Shown piece after piece: positions 21,715 to 32,001 of a stretch of 54,115 nt of DNA. The position numbers were made by a program, and so were the translations under genes. Location of the stretch: positions 1 to 54,115 of the forward strand of contig JBMOGN010000001.1 in NCBI GenBank assembly GCA_049318345.1, read 5' to 3'. The notes under the pieces are model-generated. The model was not told the DNA's origin and ran no database searches. It worked only from the letters and a program-made list of their open reading frames with translations. Within the stretch, counting starts at the first letter, position 1. The number at the start of each line of letters is the position of its first letter. The DNA comes from Rubrivivax sp. (GTDB lineage: Bacteria > Pseudomonadota > Gammaproteobacteria > Burkholderiales > Burkholderiaceae_C).

Positions 21715-23800
21715 GCCGGCGGTACAGCGCGGTGGCCCGGTTGGTCGCGCTCTCCACCTCCTGCAGCAGCGGGGTGATGCCCGGCGCGTGAGTGGTGTCG
21801 GCCATGTCCATGGCCGCCAGGCTCGCGTTGGTGTACAGCGCACTGATCACCGGGTCGACCGCGCTCGCAGCGGCCTCCCGGGCCGGCGCGCCCAGCAGGG
21901 CCTGGAGCTTGGTCCAGGCGGCTTCGGCGTGGCGGCGCGCCGTCAGGTCTTCGACGATGAAGATCATGCCCAGCAGACCGCCCGCGGGAGCCCGAACCGG
22001 CTCGGCTCGTACCGCCACCGGCAAGCCCGGTCGCTCAGGCGGCTGGAGGGTCAGCACGCTGCGCCCGGGGCGCTGCTCGGCCCGAACCTGTCCGATGAGG
22101 CGGCGCAGGACCTGCGCAGGCTGGAAGCAGCCGAGCAGGTCTTCGGTGCTGCGGCAGCTGTCCAGGCTCTGCCCGGCGAGCTGCTCGAAGGCCTGGTTGA
22201 CCAGGATCGTGCGGCCCTGCTCGTCGCACACCACGACCGCCTCGCGCGAGACGGCCACCGTCTGCCGCAGGTGCTCGAACTCCCGTGCCGTGATCAGCAG
22301 GCGCACCGCGTGGACCTGGACCATCAGGTCGATCAGCATGTCGCCGAACGCACCCGCCCGGGCCAGGTCGACTGCGGACCAATCGGGCGCGCGCTCGCCC
22401 GTGGCCGGATCGGGGGCGCGGAACCAGACCAGAAATTCTGGCTGGGCCAGCGACAGCCGCACGGCGAGCATCCGGGTGGAGGGCTGCAGGAGCTCCGGCG
22501 GGGGCGCCTGCGTGCGCGGCACGTCGTTGTCGTGCCAGATCGCGCCAGCCCGCCTCGCATCGATCCAGCGGCCGAGCGCCAGCGGGTCGGGCAGGTGCAG
22601 GATGGGGCCGCAGGGCAGGCCGGTTGCGTCGTGGATGATGACCGCGCCGGTGGCCTGCAGCGGCTCGAGCAGCAGCTCGGGCGAGCGCTGCAGCGCCGGC
22701 CGCCAGTCGCCCTGCCTGGAGGCGGATTCCACGAGGGTGCGCTGCAGCCGCCGCACCTGCTCGGAGAGTTCGGCGCGGCTCGCGTTCTCGATGGCGGTGA
22801 TGCGGGTGGCCGCGGCTTCGGCCAGGAGTTCCAGGGCCAATCGCCGCGCTGGGGCCAGCGCGCGCGGACGGCGACTGTCCAGGCAGACCACCATCCCCCA
22901 GGGTCGTCCGTCACGCAGCAGGACGGTCGAGGCTTCGGCCCGCACACCTGCCCGCCGCAGCTGCTGCAGCCGCTCGAGGGGCGGACTGCGCAGCGTGGAC
23001 CACGCCAGTGCACGGTCCTGCTGCGCGCCGGCGGCGTGCTGAGCGCCCTGGGGCAGCAGGTGGGCCGGTTCGCCCAGGCTGTCGACCAACACCTGGATGC
23101 GGTCGTTCGAAGGCCCCTGCGGCTGCCAGGCCCCGGCCGCGTGCAGGTCGGCCGGCCAGGGGGCCGGGCCTGGCGAACCGTCGATGCGGCTGGAGGCGAT
23201 CAGCTGCGCCTGCCCATCGGAGTCGACCCGCACGACCCGGGCCTCTTCGTACTCGCACACGGCCCGTGCACCCCGTGCGGCACGGGCGGCCAGCTCCTCC
23301 AGGGTGCGCGACTCGCTCAGGCCGTGGATCGCATCCTCGAGCAGCTGCACCAGTAGGGTGCCTTCGTTTGCCTCCTGTCGAGCCGGGTCGCTGTCGAGCG
23401 TGCTGCGGGGCAGGAGATCGACCACCACAAGCTCGTCGCTCGCACGCTGCACCCACCCGGCAAACGACAGGTGCTGACCCTGCGGCCCCGAGATGGTCAC
23501 GCCGAAGGAAACGGGGAAGTCCGAGGCAGGAGCCTGCACCGCCGACGCCACTGCCGCGGCCAGATCGGCTCCCAGGGTATCCAGCGGTGCCAGGAGCACC
23601 GATTCAAGCGGCCGGCCCAGGAGTGCGCTGGCGCTGGCGCTGGCCTGCACCACGCGCAACTCGCTGCCACGAACGACCAGCACCACGCCAGCAGGCTGTG
23701 CAAGCCCGCTGTGACCGGCCGACCCGTCGATGACTCGGACATGATCCGCCGGAATACCGGCCGAGCTTCTGGACAAGAGGCCTCCCGAGCGCAAGCGCAC
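21689..23800 (-). CDS. BphP1-like bacteriophytochrome homologue (PAS-GAF-PHY-PAS-helical output) lacking bilin-binding residues
   Basis: QPAG/VVQAS (PAS), ELLAEAAATRITAIE, GDWRPAL, EFLVWFR, AVRLLI, LPVAVRAEPV and NASLAAM align with remembered Rhodopseudomonas BphP1; start inferred (GTG 23800). Confidence 0.85.
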   Translation of the reverse strand: MRLRSGGLLSRSSAGIPADHVRVIDGSAGHSGLAQPAGVVLVVRGSELRVVQASASASALLGRPLESVLLAPLDTLGADLAAAVASAVQAPASDFPVSFGVTISGPQGQHLSFAGWVQRASDELVVVDLLPRSTLDSDPARQEANEGTLLVQLLEDAIHGLSESRTLEELAARAARGARAVCEYEEARVVRVDSDGQAQLIASSRIDGSPGPAPWPADLHAAGAWQPQGPSNDRIQVLVDSLGEPAHLLPQGAQHAAGAQQDRALAWSTLRSPPLERLQQLRRAGVRAEASTVLLRDGRPWGMVVCLDSRRPRALAPARRLALELLAEAAATRITAIENASRAELSEQVRRLQRTLVESASRQGDWRPALQRSPELLLEPLQATGAVIIHDATGLPCGPILHLPDPLALGRWIDARRAGAIWHDNDVPRTQAPPPELLQPSTRMLAVRLSLAQPEFLVWFRAPDPATGERAPDWSAVDLARAGAFGDMLIDLMVQVHAVRLLITAREFEHLRQTVAVSREAVVVCDEQGRTILVNQAFEQLAGQSLDSCRSTEDLLGCFQPAQVLRRLIGQVRAEQRPGRSVLTLQPPERPGLPVAVRAEPVRAPAGGLLGMIFIVEDLTARRHAEAAWTKLQALLGAPAREAAASAVDPVISALYTNASLAAMDMADTTHAPGITPLLQEVESATNRATALYRRLTRALRQA

Positions 23801-23923
23801 TGATGTTCGTGCGCTCTTTCGCTGCGTCTCCCCGAACCCATTCTAGGGGTGGGGGCTTCCCGGGCCAACACCACTTTCGCGGCAAGGTCTCGCCGCGGGA
23901 AGGTCGAGGGGGGAGTCGGTGGC

Positions 23924-25138
23924 TCAGACCCGGGCCAGGCCCAGCAGGTGCGCCATGTCCTTCAGGAAGATCCGCACGTGCGCCATCGGCCGGCGGCGCA
24001 CCAGTTCCTTGTTCATGTAAGCCTCGAAGGTGAGTTGCTGCACATCGCGGTCTTCGCAGATGCTGACGAAGCGCTCGCGCCGCTTGTCGCTGACATACCA
24101 GAAGCGCTGCATGATCCCCAGCACCCAGAAGACCCTGCCATGGGCCTTCAGGAAGCGCTTGCGGGCCTGAGCCAGAGCCCGCGGATCGCCCGTGCGCAGG
24201 AACTCGCTGGCCGCCTCGGCGCTCATCTGGCCGCAGGCCATGGCGTAGTAGATGCCCTCACCCGAGGCGGGCGCCACCACCCCTGCCGCATCGCCGGCGA
24301 GCACGACATCGCGCCCGTTGTCCCAGCGCGGCAGGGGCTTCAGCGGGATCGGTGCGCCTTCCCGGCGCAGCGTTTCCGCGTTGTCCAGCCCGGCCGTGCG
24401 TCGCAGCAGGGAGGTTGCGTTGCGCAGCGAGAAGCCCTTGTCGGCGCTGCCGGTGCCCACGCTGAGCGAGCCACCGTGCGGGAACACCCACCCGTAGAAG
24501 TCCGGGGACAACTCCCCGCGGTAGTACACATCGCAGCGCGAGCCGTCGTAGCCAGGCGGCGGGTTCTGCGGCGCACGCACGATCTCGTGATACGCGAAGA
24601 CGAAGCGCCCTTCGTCCGCGCGGGGCACCTCCTGGCGGGCCACCTCTGAGCGGGCACCGTCGGCGCCGATGATGCAACGCGCCCGCACGTGCGTAGCCGG
24701 CCCCCCGCGCAGCCCGTCGTCGGTGCGCGCGGTGTAGTGCACCACGCATACGCCGTCGCTTCCACGCTCGATTCGCTCGAAGATCCCTGCGGCCCGCGTG
24801 GCGCCTGTGGCGGCCGCGCGCTCGCGCAGCCACTCGTCGAACTGATCGCGGTCGACCATCCCCACGAAGCCACCCTCGATCGGGATGTCCACCCGGTTGT
24901 CGCGCGGGGAGATCATCCTGGCGCAGCGCGCCTTGGCCACCAGGAGGTGGTCGGGAATGGCGAAGTCCTTGATGAGGCGTGGCGGGATGGCGCCCCCGCA
25001 AGGCTTGATGCGGCCCGCACGATCCAGCAGCAGCACGGAGTGCCCGCGGCGGGCCAGCTCGGTGGCGGCCGTGGCGCCGGACGGGCCGCCGCCGACGACC
25101 ACCACGTCGTAGGAGGAAGGGGTGGGGTGGGTGTTCAT
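23924..25138 (-). CDS. bchP: Geranylgeranyl reductase
   Basis: VVVVGGGPSG, KPCGGAIPPRL, FYGWVFP and GDAAG...SGEGIYYA motifs. Confidence 0.96.
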   Translation of the reverse strand: MNTHPTPSSYDVVVVGGGPSGATAATELARRGHSVLLLDRAGRIKPCGGAIPPRLIKDFAIPDHLLVAKARCARMISPRDNRVDIPIEGGFVGMVDRDQFDEWLRERAAATGATRAAGIFERIERGSDGVCVVHYTARTDDGLRGGPATHVRARCIIGADGARSEVARQEVPRADEGRFVFAYHEIVRAPQNPPPGYDGSRCDVYYRGELSPDFYGWVFPHGGSLSVGTGSADKGFSLRNATSLLRRTAGLDNAETLRREGAPIPLKPLPRWDNGRDVVLAGDAAGVVAPASGEGIYYAMACGQMSAEAASEFLRTGDPRALAQARKRFLKAHGRVFWVLGIMQRFWYVSDKRRERFVSICEDRDVQQLTFEAYMNKELVRRRPMAHVRIFLKDMAHLLGLARV

Positions 25139-26493
25139 CTGGTTCCTCCCGCGGGCACGCCCGCCAGTCCTGCGGGCGGATCGGCCGCCTCCCGGGTACC
25201 CAAGGGCTCCCCGCCGATGCGAGCGGCCAGCCAGGCCGACGCAACGAACAGGAGAGCTTCGACAAGAAAGACGCTCGCATAGGCCGCCGCAGCGTCGCCG
25301 ATGAGCCAGCGAGCCAGATCGCTGGCGGCCGACCCGAACAGGCCGCCCAGCGCGAAACCGATGGCCTGCGCGGCGCCCCACAGGCCCATGCGCGTGCCTT
25401 CGCGCTGCGGGGCTCCGGCTGCGGCGAGCTTCATCATGGAGCCGATGGCGGCGATGGAGAATGCACCGTTGGCCACGCCAAGCAGGAAGACATTGGCGCG
25501 CAGCGGCCAGCCCGGCGCGAACCAGGCGGCGGCCACCAGCCCGGCCAGCGCCAGACCCGAGGCGATGCACCCTCCCACCGTCCAGGCTGTCAGCGAGCCG
25601 AAGCGCGCGCCGGCCACGCGCCTTCCGGCCAGCGAGGCCAGCAGCATCCCGGCCAGGGTCCCGCCGTGCTGCACGCCGGACAGACCCGTGGACTGCCCCG
25701 GTGTGAAGCCGAAGACCGCGCCCGCGAAGGGCTCCAGGATCAGGTCCTGGGTGCTGTAGGCGAGCATCGAGACGAAGACGAAGATCGTGAAGCGGCGCGC
25801 CTCGTGTTCGCGCCACACTTCGGCCAGGGCCGGCAGGAAGCGCAGCCGGGCCCGCGGCGCGACCTGCGCGACCGCTCGCGTGCGCTCCACGCCCAGCAGC
25901 GCCAGCGCGCTGACCACCACCGCGACCACCGAGACCGTGCCCGATACCGCCACCAGGCGGGCCGGGGTGTAGGGGTCGAGGAAGTGGCCTGCCAGGCCGG
26001 CGGTGACGGCGAAGCCGACGATCATCATGGTCCAGACGACGGCGGCTGCGGCGGCGCGGCGCGGGGCGTCCACCTGCTTGGCCAGCAGCACGAGCAGCGA
26101 GGTGCCGCTGGCGCTCACCCCGAGCCCCACCAGCACGAAGGCCAGCGCCGCCAGCGCGACGCCCGGGCCGAGGCCTGCACCCATCCAGGCCGTGGCCACG
26201 GCCGCCATGAAGCCGCCCAGAGCCAGGACCACCATGCCGCCGAGGATCCAGGGGGTGCGGCGGCCGCCGACATCCGAGCCCCAGCCCATGCGCGGCCGGC
26301 TGAGTTGCACGGCGTAGTGCAGCGCGACGAGCAGGCCCGGCAGCAGCGCGGGCAGGGCGAGTTCCACCACCATGACCCGGTTCAGCGTGGAGGTGGTGAG
26401 CACCACCACAGCGCCGAGCATGGCCTGCACGAGCCCCAGGCGCACGATGCCGGGCCAGCCCAGGCCTGCAGCGGGCGTGCGCTCGACGCTCAA
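25135..26493 (-). CDS. BCD/PucC-family MFS transporter between bchG and bchP
   Basis: IVRLGLVQ, TLNRVMVVEL, QDLILEPF and GTRMGLWGAAQA motifs; TTG start overlaps the bchG stop. Confidence 0.9.
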   Translation of the reverse strand: MSVERTPAAGLGWPGIVRLGLVQAMLGAVVVLTTSTLNRVMVVELALPALLPGLLVALHYAVQLSRPRMGWGSDVGGRRTPWILGGMVVLALGGFMAAVATAWMGAGLGPGVALAALAFVLVGLGVSASGTSLLVLLAKQVDAPRRAAAAAVVWTMMIVGFAVTAGLAGHFLDPYTPARLVAVSGTVSVVAVVVSALALLGVERTRAVAQVAPRARLRFLPALAEVWREHEARRFTIFVFVSMLAYSTQDLILEPFAGAVFGFTPGQSTGLSGVQHGGTLAGMLLASLAGRRVAGARFGSLTAWTVGGCIASGLALAGLVAAAWFAPGWPLRANVFLLGVANGAFSIAAIGSMMKLAAAGAPQREGTRMGLWGAAQAIGFALGGLFGSAASDLARWLIGDAAAAYASVFLVEALLFVASAWLAARIGGEPLGTREAADPPAGLAGVPAGGTR

Positions 26494-27374
26494 GCGGAAC
26501 CTCCGAGGCTGCGCAGCGCCACGGCGCTGACCATCATGCCGGCCACGAACAGGGGCACGCCGAAGCCGCTGTAGGGCAGCGCGCGCCGGGTGGGTTCGCG
26601 CACGAACCACGCCATGAGCAGGCCCTGCGCCACGAGCAGCGCCGCCACGGCCGCCGCATGGCCGGGCCGCCCCCACGCGATGAGCAGCGCGATCACCACC
26701 ACTTGCGGCACCGTCATGAAGACGCACGCCGTACGCGCGGCGCTGTCCACGCCCAGGCGCACTGGCAGCGAGCCCACGCCCATCTGCCGGTCACCGTGCA
26801 CGGACTTGAAGTCGTTGAGGGTCATGATGCCGTGGGCGCCGAGGCTATACAGCAGCGCCAGGGCCACCGAGTGGCCGGCCGGCATGGTCCCGCCGGCCAT
26901 GACGGCCGCGCCGGTCAGCCAGGCCAGACCCTCGTAGGACAGGCCGCAGGCCGCGTTGCCCCACCAACCGTTGCGCTTCAAGCGCAGGGGCGGGGCGCTG
27001 TAGGCCCAGGCCAGCACCAGCCCGGCCACGGCCGCGGCGAAGCCCCATGCGCCCAGCGCGGTGGCCACCAGCAGCGACAGCGCCGTCCACCCGACAGCCA
27101 CGTACAGCCCCCAGCGGCCCGGCATGCGACCCGAGGGAATCGGGCGCTGCGGCTCGTTGATGGCGTCCACGTGGCGGTCGAACCAGTCGTTGACGGCCTG
27201 GCTCGTGGCACACACGAGCGGCCCGGCCAGCAGGACGCCCAGCGCCACCAGCGCCCAGCGCCCTTCCAACGGCGCGCCGGAGGCCACGACGCCGCACGCG
27301 AAGGCCCACATGGGGGGAAACCACGTGACCGGCTTGAGCAGCTCGGCAATGGCTGAAGGCGCAGGCAGGGCCAT
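26490..27374 (-). CDS. bchG: Bacteriochlorophyll synthase
   Basis: LKPVTWFPP, NDWFDRHVDAINEPQRPIPSG and LNDFKS motifs. Confidence 0.96.
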   Translation of the reverse strand: MALPAPSAIAELLKPVTWFPPMWAFACGVVASGAPLEGRWALVALGVLLAGPLVCATSQAVNDWFDRHVDAINEPQRPIPSGRMPGRWGLYVAVGWTALSLLVATALGAWGFAAAVAGLVLAWAYSAPPLRLKRNGWWGNAACGLSYEGLAWLTGAAVMAGGTMPAGHSVALALLYSLGAHGIMTLNDFKSVHGDRQMGVGSLPVRLGVDSAARTACVFMTVPQVVVIALLIAWGRPGHAAAVAALLVAQGLLMAWFVREPTRRALPYSGFGVPLFVAGMMVSAVALRSLGGSA

Positions 27375-27377
27375 GCG

Positions 27378-27421
27378 CAGATGGTGCCGTTGACAGTCAG
27401 AGACGTCAACCTGTGTTTACA
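27378..27421 (-). promoter_or_regulatory. bchG promoter overlapped by PpsR-type boxes
   Basis: CGTcaacctgtgtttACA (27404-27421) plus a ttgACA half-site 8 bp away; minus-strand TTGACG-17-CACCAT. Confidence 0.6.
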
Positions 27422-27446
27422 CCTGATCTACCCTGATCAGGGGGTG

Positions 27447-28943
27447 TCAGCGCGCAGGCAGCTCCTCGTCGCTGGAGCCGAGGTTGCCCAGCCCGAAGCG
27501 GCGCAACTTCACGTACAGGCTCTGGCGGGACAGCCCGAGCAGGGTGGCCGCCGAGGCGCGGTTGTCCTGCGTCATCTGCAGCGCCGTTTCGATGCACAAC
27601 TGCTCGATCAGGTCGGTCGTCTCGGAGACGATCTCCTTCAGGGGCGTGCGGCCGACGAGTTCGGTGAGCTCGCCCACGCTGCGCGGCATCGCCGGTCCGG
27701 CGGCCTCGCCCGACCCCTTCAGGCGGCGCTCCACGTCGCGTACCGCGAAGGCGAGCACCGTGTCCTCGCCGACGCTGAGCGTGGCCCCGGAGATCTCGAC
27801 TTCGGTCTGCGCGCCGTACTCGCCCCGCAGCGTCGTGACGAACAGGCCGATCTGGCCGCGCTGGCGCAGGTTGCTGATGAGCACGCCCAGCTCCACGCCG
27901 GTGCGGCCCACCCAGCGGTCCAGTGGCTGGCCCCGGGCCTGCTCCTCGGTGGCGAGCTGCGCCAGGGCGAGGAAGGCCCGGTTGGCGGCGACGAGCTTGC
28001 CGCCGGGCTCGCAGAACACGAGTCCGTCCGGGGAGTTGTGCACGAAGGCGCGCAGGATGGCTTCCCAGCCGCCGTCCTGCGCGACGCCCGCGGTGCCCGC
28101 CAGGGTGCGAAGGCCGGTGGCTGGCATCGCGGCCTCGGCCGGCGCAGGCGCAAAGCGCACCATGAGAAAGGCCGACTGCTCCTGGCGGAAGACCGACGCC
28201 GACAGCAGCACCTCACGACCATCTCCAGCCAGGCGTGTGCGCAACGGATCCTGGCGGCCCACGGAGCGCGCGGCCGCGAGCAGGTCCTGCAGGCGCTCGC
28301 CGTGCCCGGCCTCCACGAGGGAAGACAGCGCGCTGCCCACGAGCTTGGACCGGGCCGGCGCGCACAGGCTGCGCGCCGCCGGGTTGGCCTCCAGGACTTT
28401 CAGCGACCCCCCGTCGACCACGAGCAGGGCGTCGCTGGACGTCTCGAAAAGGTGCCGGAAGCGGGTTTCGGCCTCGCGGAAGCGCCAGTAGTCCTGCTCC
28501 ATGGTCTGTTGCGCTTCGAGCAGACCCTGCTGCAGCGCAACCATGGCCCGCATGTCGCGGCCGAAGGCGATGATCCGGGCTCCTCCCGGCCCGCTGCCGT
28601 CGTCGGCCAGGCGGATCGCCGAATACATCATCGGGATGCCGTCGCCGTCGGGCACGGGGTGGGTCACCTGCCGCCAGCGCGCAGCCTCTGCAGCCTGGCG
28701 GGCCTCCTGCAGCAGGGCCTCGACCTTCTCCCGGCTCTCTGGAGTGACGGTCTGAGAGAGGTGGCGGCCGCGCCACTTGCGCGCCCCCTGGTCGGCGAGA
28801 TCCTTGGCTTGGGTCGTCACGTCGAGGATGTGACCCTCGAGGTCGAGCACGAGCGCGATGTCGGCCGAGGCTCCCAGCAGGCGCGAGGCCGTTCGGGCGT
28901 CGACGTCGCCTGGCGAGGGGGGGCCGCTCTTGGCTCGTGACAT
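27447..28943 (-). CDS. ppsR: Photosynthesis gene repressor PpsR/CrtJ
   Basis: PAS domains, Q-linker LQQGLLEAQQTMEQDYW, and C-terminal HTH EQLCIETAL...NRASAATLLGLSRQSLYVKL retaining the Cys. Confidence 0.95.
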   Translation of the reverse strand: MSRAKSGPPSPGDVDARTASRLLGASADIALVLDLEGHILDVTTQAKDLADQGARKWRGRHLSQTVTPESREKVEALLQEARQAAEAARWRQVTHPVPDGDGIPMMYSAIRLADDGSGPGGARIIAFGRDMRAMVALQQGLLEAQQTMEQDYWRFREAETRFRHLFETSSDALLVVDGGSLKVLEANPAARSLCAPARSKLVGSALSSLVEAGHGERLQDLLAAARSVGRQDPLRTRLAGDGREVLLSASVFRQEQSAFLMVRFAPAPAEAAMPATGLRTLAGTAGVAQDGGWEAILRAFVHNSPDGLVFCEPGGKLVAANRAFLALAQLATEEQARGQPLDRWVGRTGVELGVLISNLRQRGQIGLFVTTLRGEYGAQTEVEISGATLSVGEDTVLAFAVRDVERRLKGSGEAAGPAMPRSVGELTELVGRTPLKEIVSETTDLIEQLCIETALQMTQDNRASAATLLGLSRQSLYVKLRRFGLGNLGSSDEELPAR

Positions 28944-28961
28944 GGCGCGTGGGCGTGGAGG

Positions 28962-29005
28962 TGTCAGTTTGACCGGACGCCCCGGAATGTCAATCGAAAT
29001 ATCGG
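28962..29005. promoter_or_regulatory. PpsR-type boxes upstream of ppsR
   Basis: TGTcagtttgaccggACG (28962-28979), 8-bp gap, then TGTcaa half-site at 28988. Confidence 0.5.
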
Positions 29006-29044
29006 GTTTTTCTGTCGCGAGCGATTCGCGAAGGCGCGCCGAAC

Positions 29045-29890
29045 TCATCCCTCAGGAGCCTCCAGTTCCATTGAAGACATGCCTGCCACCGCCAGCGCGT
29101 GTGCCAGTTCCACCGCCTGCCGGGCATCGCGCGCCGTGCCGTCGGCCCCCACTTCGGCCGCCCATTCCGGGTGCGCCACGAACACCGGGCCGCCCACCAG
29201 CACCTTCACGTTCCGATTGAGCGACATCGCCCGCACGCGGTGCACGGTCTCGTGCAGCCAGTCCAGCCGCTCGTCGCTGCCGATGGACAGCCCGACGATG
29301 TCCACCGCATCCTCGCGGACGCGAGCGCCCGGGTCGGGAACCGAGCCGCCTACCCCACCCAGCACGTCCCAGCCGTCGCGGCGCAGGAACTCGGCCACCA
29401 TCGCCAGTCCGAAGAGGTGCTGCTCCTCGGCGGGTTGCGCCAGCAGCGCGCGCGGCGGCTTGGTGGCCGAGGGCAGGGGGGTATCGAAGGCGGTCCCGAG
29501 CTCGCGCATCAGCCGGTGCAGGCGTCCGAGGGCCACCGTGACGGTGGTGAAGTCGCAGCGGTCGTCGCTCCAGAGTTGACCCAGGCGAGAAGCGGCCGGG
29601 CCGAGCAGGCCCAGGCACAGTTCGTCGAGTTCCACGCCCTCGGCCAGAAGCATTTCCACCGTCCGGTAGGCCTCCGGTGCGCGATCGGCCAGTATCTCCA
29701 GGAGGAAGCGGTCGACGTCACCTGGGCCCGGCACGAGAGACGCGCGTCCTCCGGGTGGCTGCTTGCGATGTGCCCTCACGAGCCGGGGGATGACTTCCGA
29801 ACGCAGCGTGCGCTCCAGCGCCGTGACGCTGTCCATGCTCAGCAGAGAGAGTGCCGCACCGCGTCTTCGCTTGTCGGGGTCTCTGGACAT
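29045..29890 (-). CDS. ppaA: Cobalamin-binding PpsR antirepressor AerR/PpaA
   Basis: LGPAASRLGQLWSDDRCDF, ExHxxG motif (EQHLFG) and VLVGG; located between ppsR and bchF. Confidence 0.9.
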   Translation of the reverse strand: MSRDPDKRRRGAALSLLSMDSVTALERTLRSEVIPRLVRAHRKQPPGGRASLVPGPGDVDRFLLEILADRAPEAYRTVEMLLAEGVELDELCLGLLGPAASRLGQLWSDDRCDFTTVTVALGRLHRLMRELGTAFDTPLPSATKPPRALLAQPAEEQHLFGLAMVAEFLRRDGWDVLGGVGGSVPDPGARVREDAVDIVGLSIGSDERLDWLHETVHRVRAMSLNRNVKVLVGGPVFVAHPEWAAEVGADGTARDARQAVELAHALAVAGMSSMELEAPEG

Positions 29891-29999
29891 GGATGGTTTC
29901 CTCTGGTGCAGGCCTTGGCAAGCCGGTTGATCCGCGTGGCAACCCCACTGCGTGGGCCGAGACGGCCTGCCAGGCCAGCCCACGACCGCGGTGCACCGT

Positions 30000-30017
30000 T
30001 GCAGTCAGGCTTTTACA
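30000..30017. promoter_or_regulatory. Near-consensus PpsR box upstream of ppaA
   Basis: TGCagtcaggcttttACA, one mismatch to TGT-N12-ACA. Confidence 0.5.
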
Positions 30018-30102
30018 ACTGCGGTGCGGATCCGTCAAACCGGGCTTTCCAGTCCTTCTGTTTGTCTGAGTGGTGATCCTCCCAAGTGTCAGAAAGTCTG
30101 GA

Positions 30103-30143
30103 TGTCTATCCTAGTTGACACTTTTCGGGGGACCGTCTAGTCT
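30103..30143 (+). promoter_or_regulatory. bchF promoter with a perfect PpsR box
   Basis: TGTctatcctagttgACA (30103-30120) contains -35 TTGACA; 17-bp spacer; -10 TAGTCT at 30138-30143. Confidence 0.75.
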
Positions 30144-30150
30144 GACCCCC

Positions 30151-31991
<1,841 letters not shown>

Positions 31992-32001
31992 GGCCAACGC
32001 G

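Noticed and set aside
27421-27440. CTGATC repeats between ppsR and bchG as an FNR box
   Set aside because: They do not fit TTGAT-N4-ATCAA in sequence or spacing.
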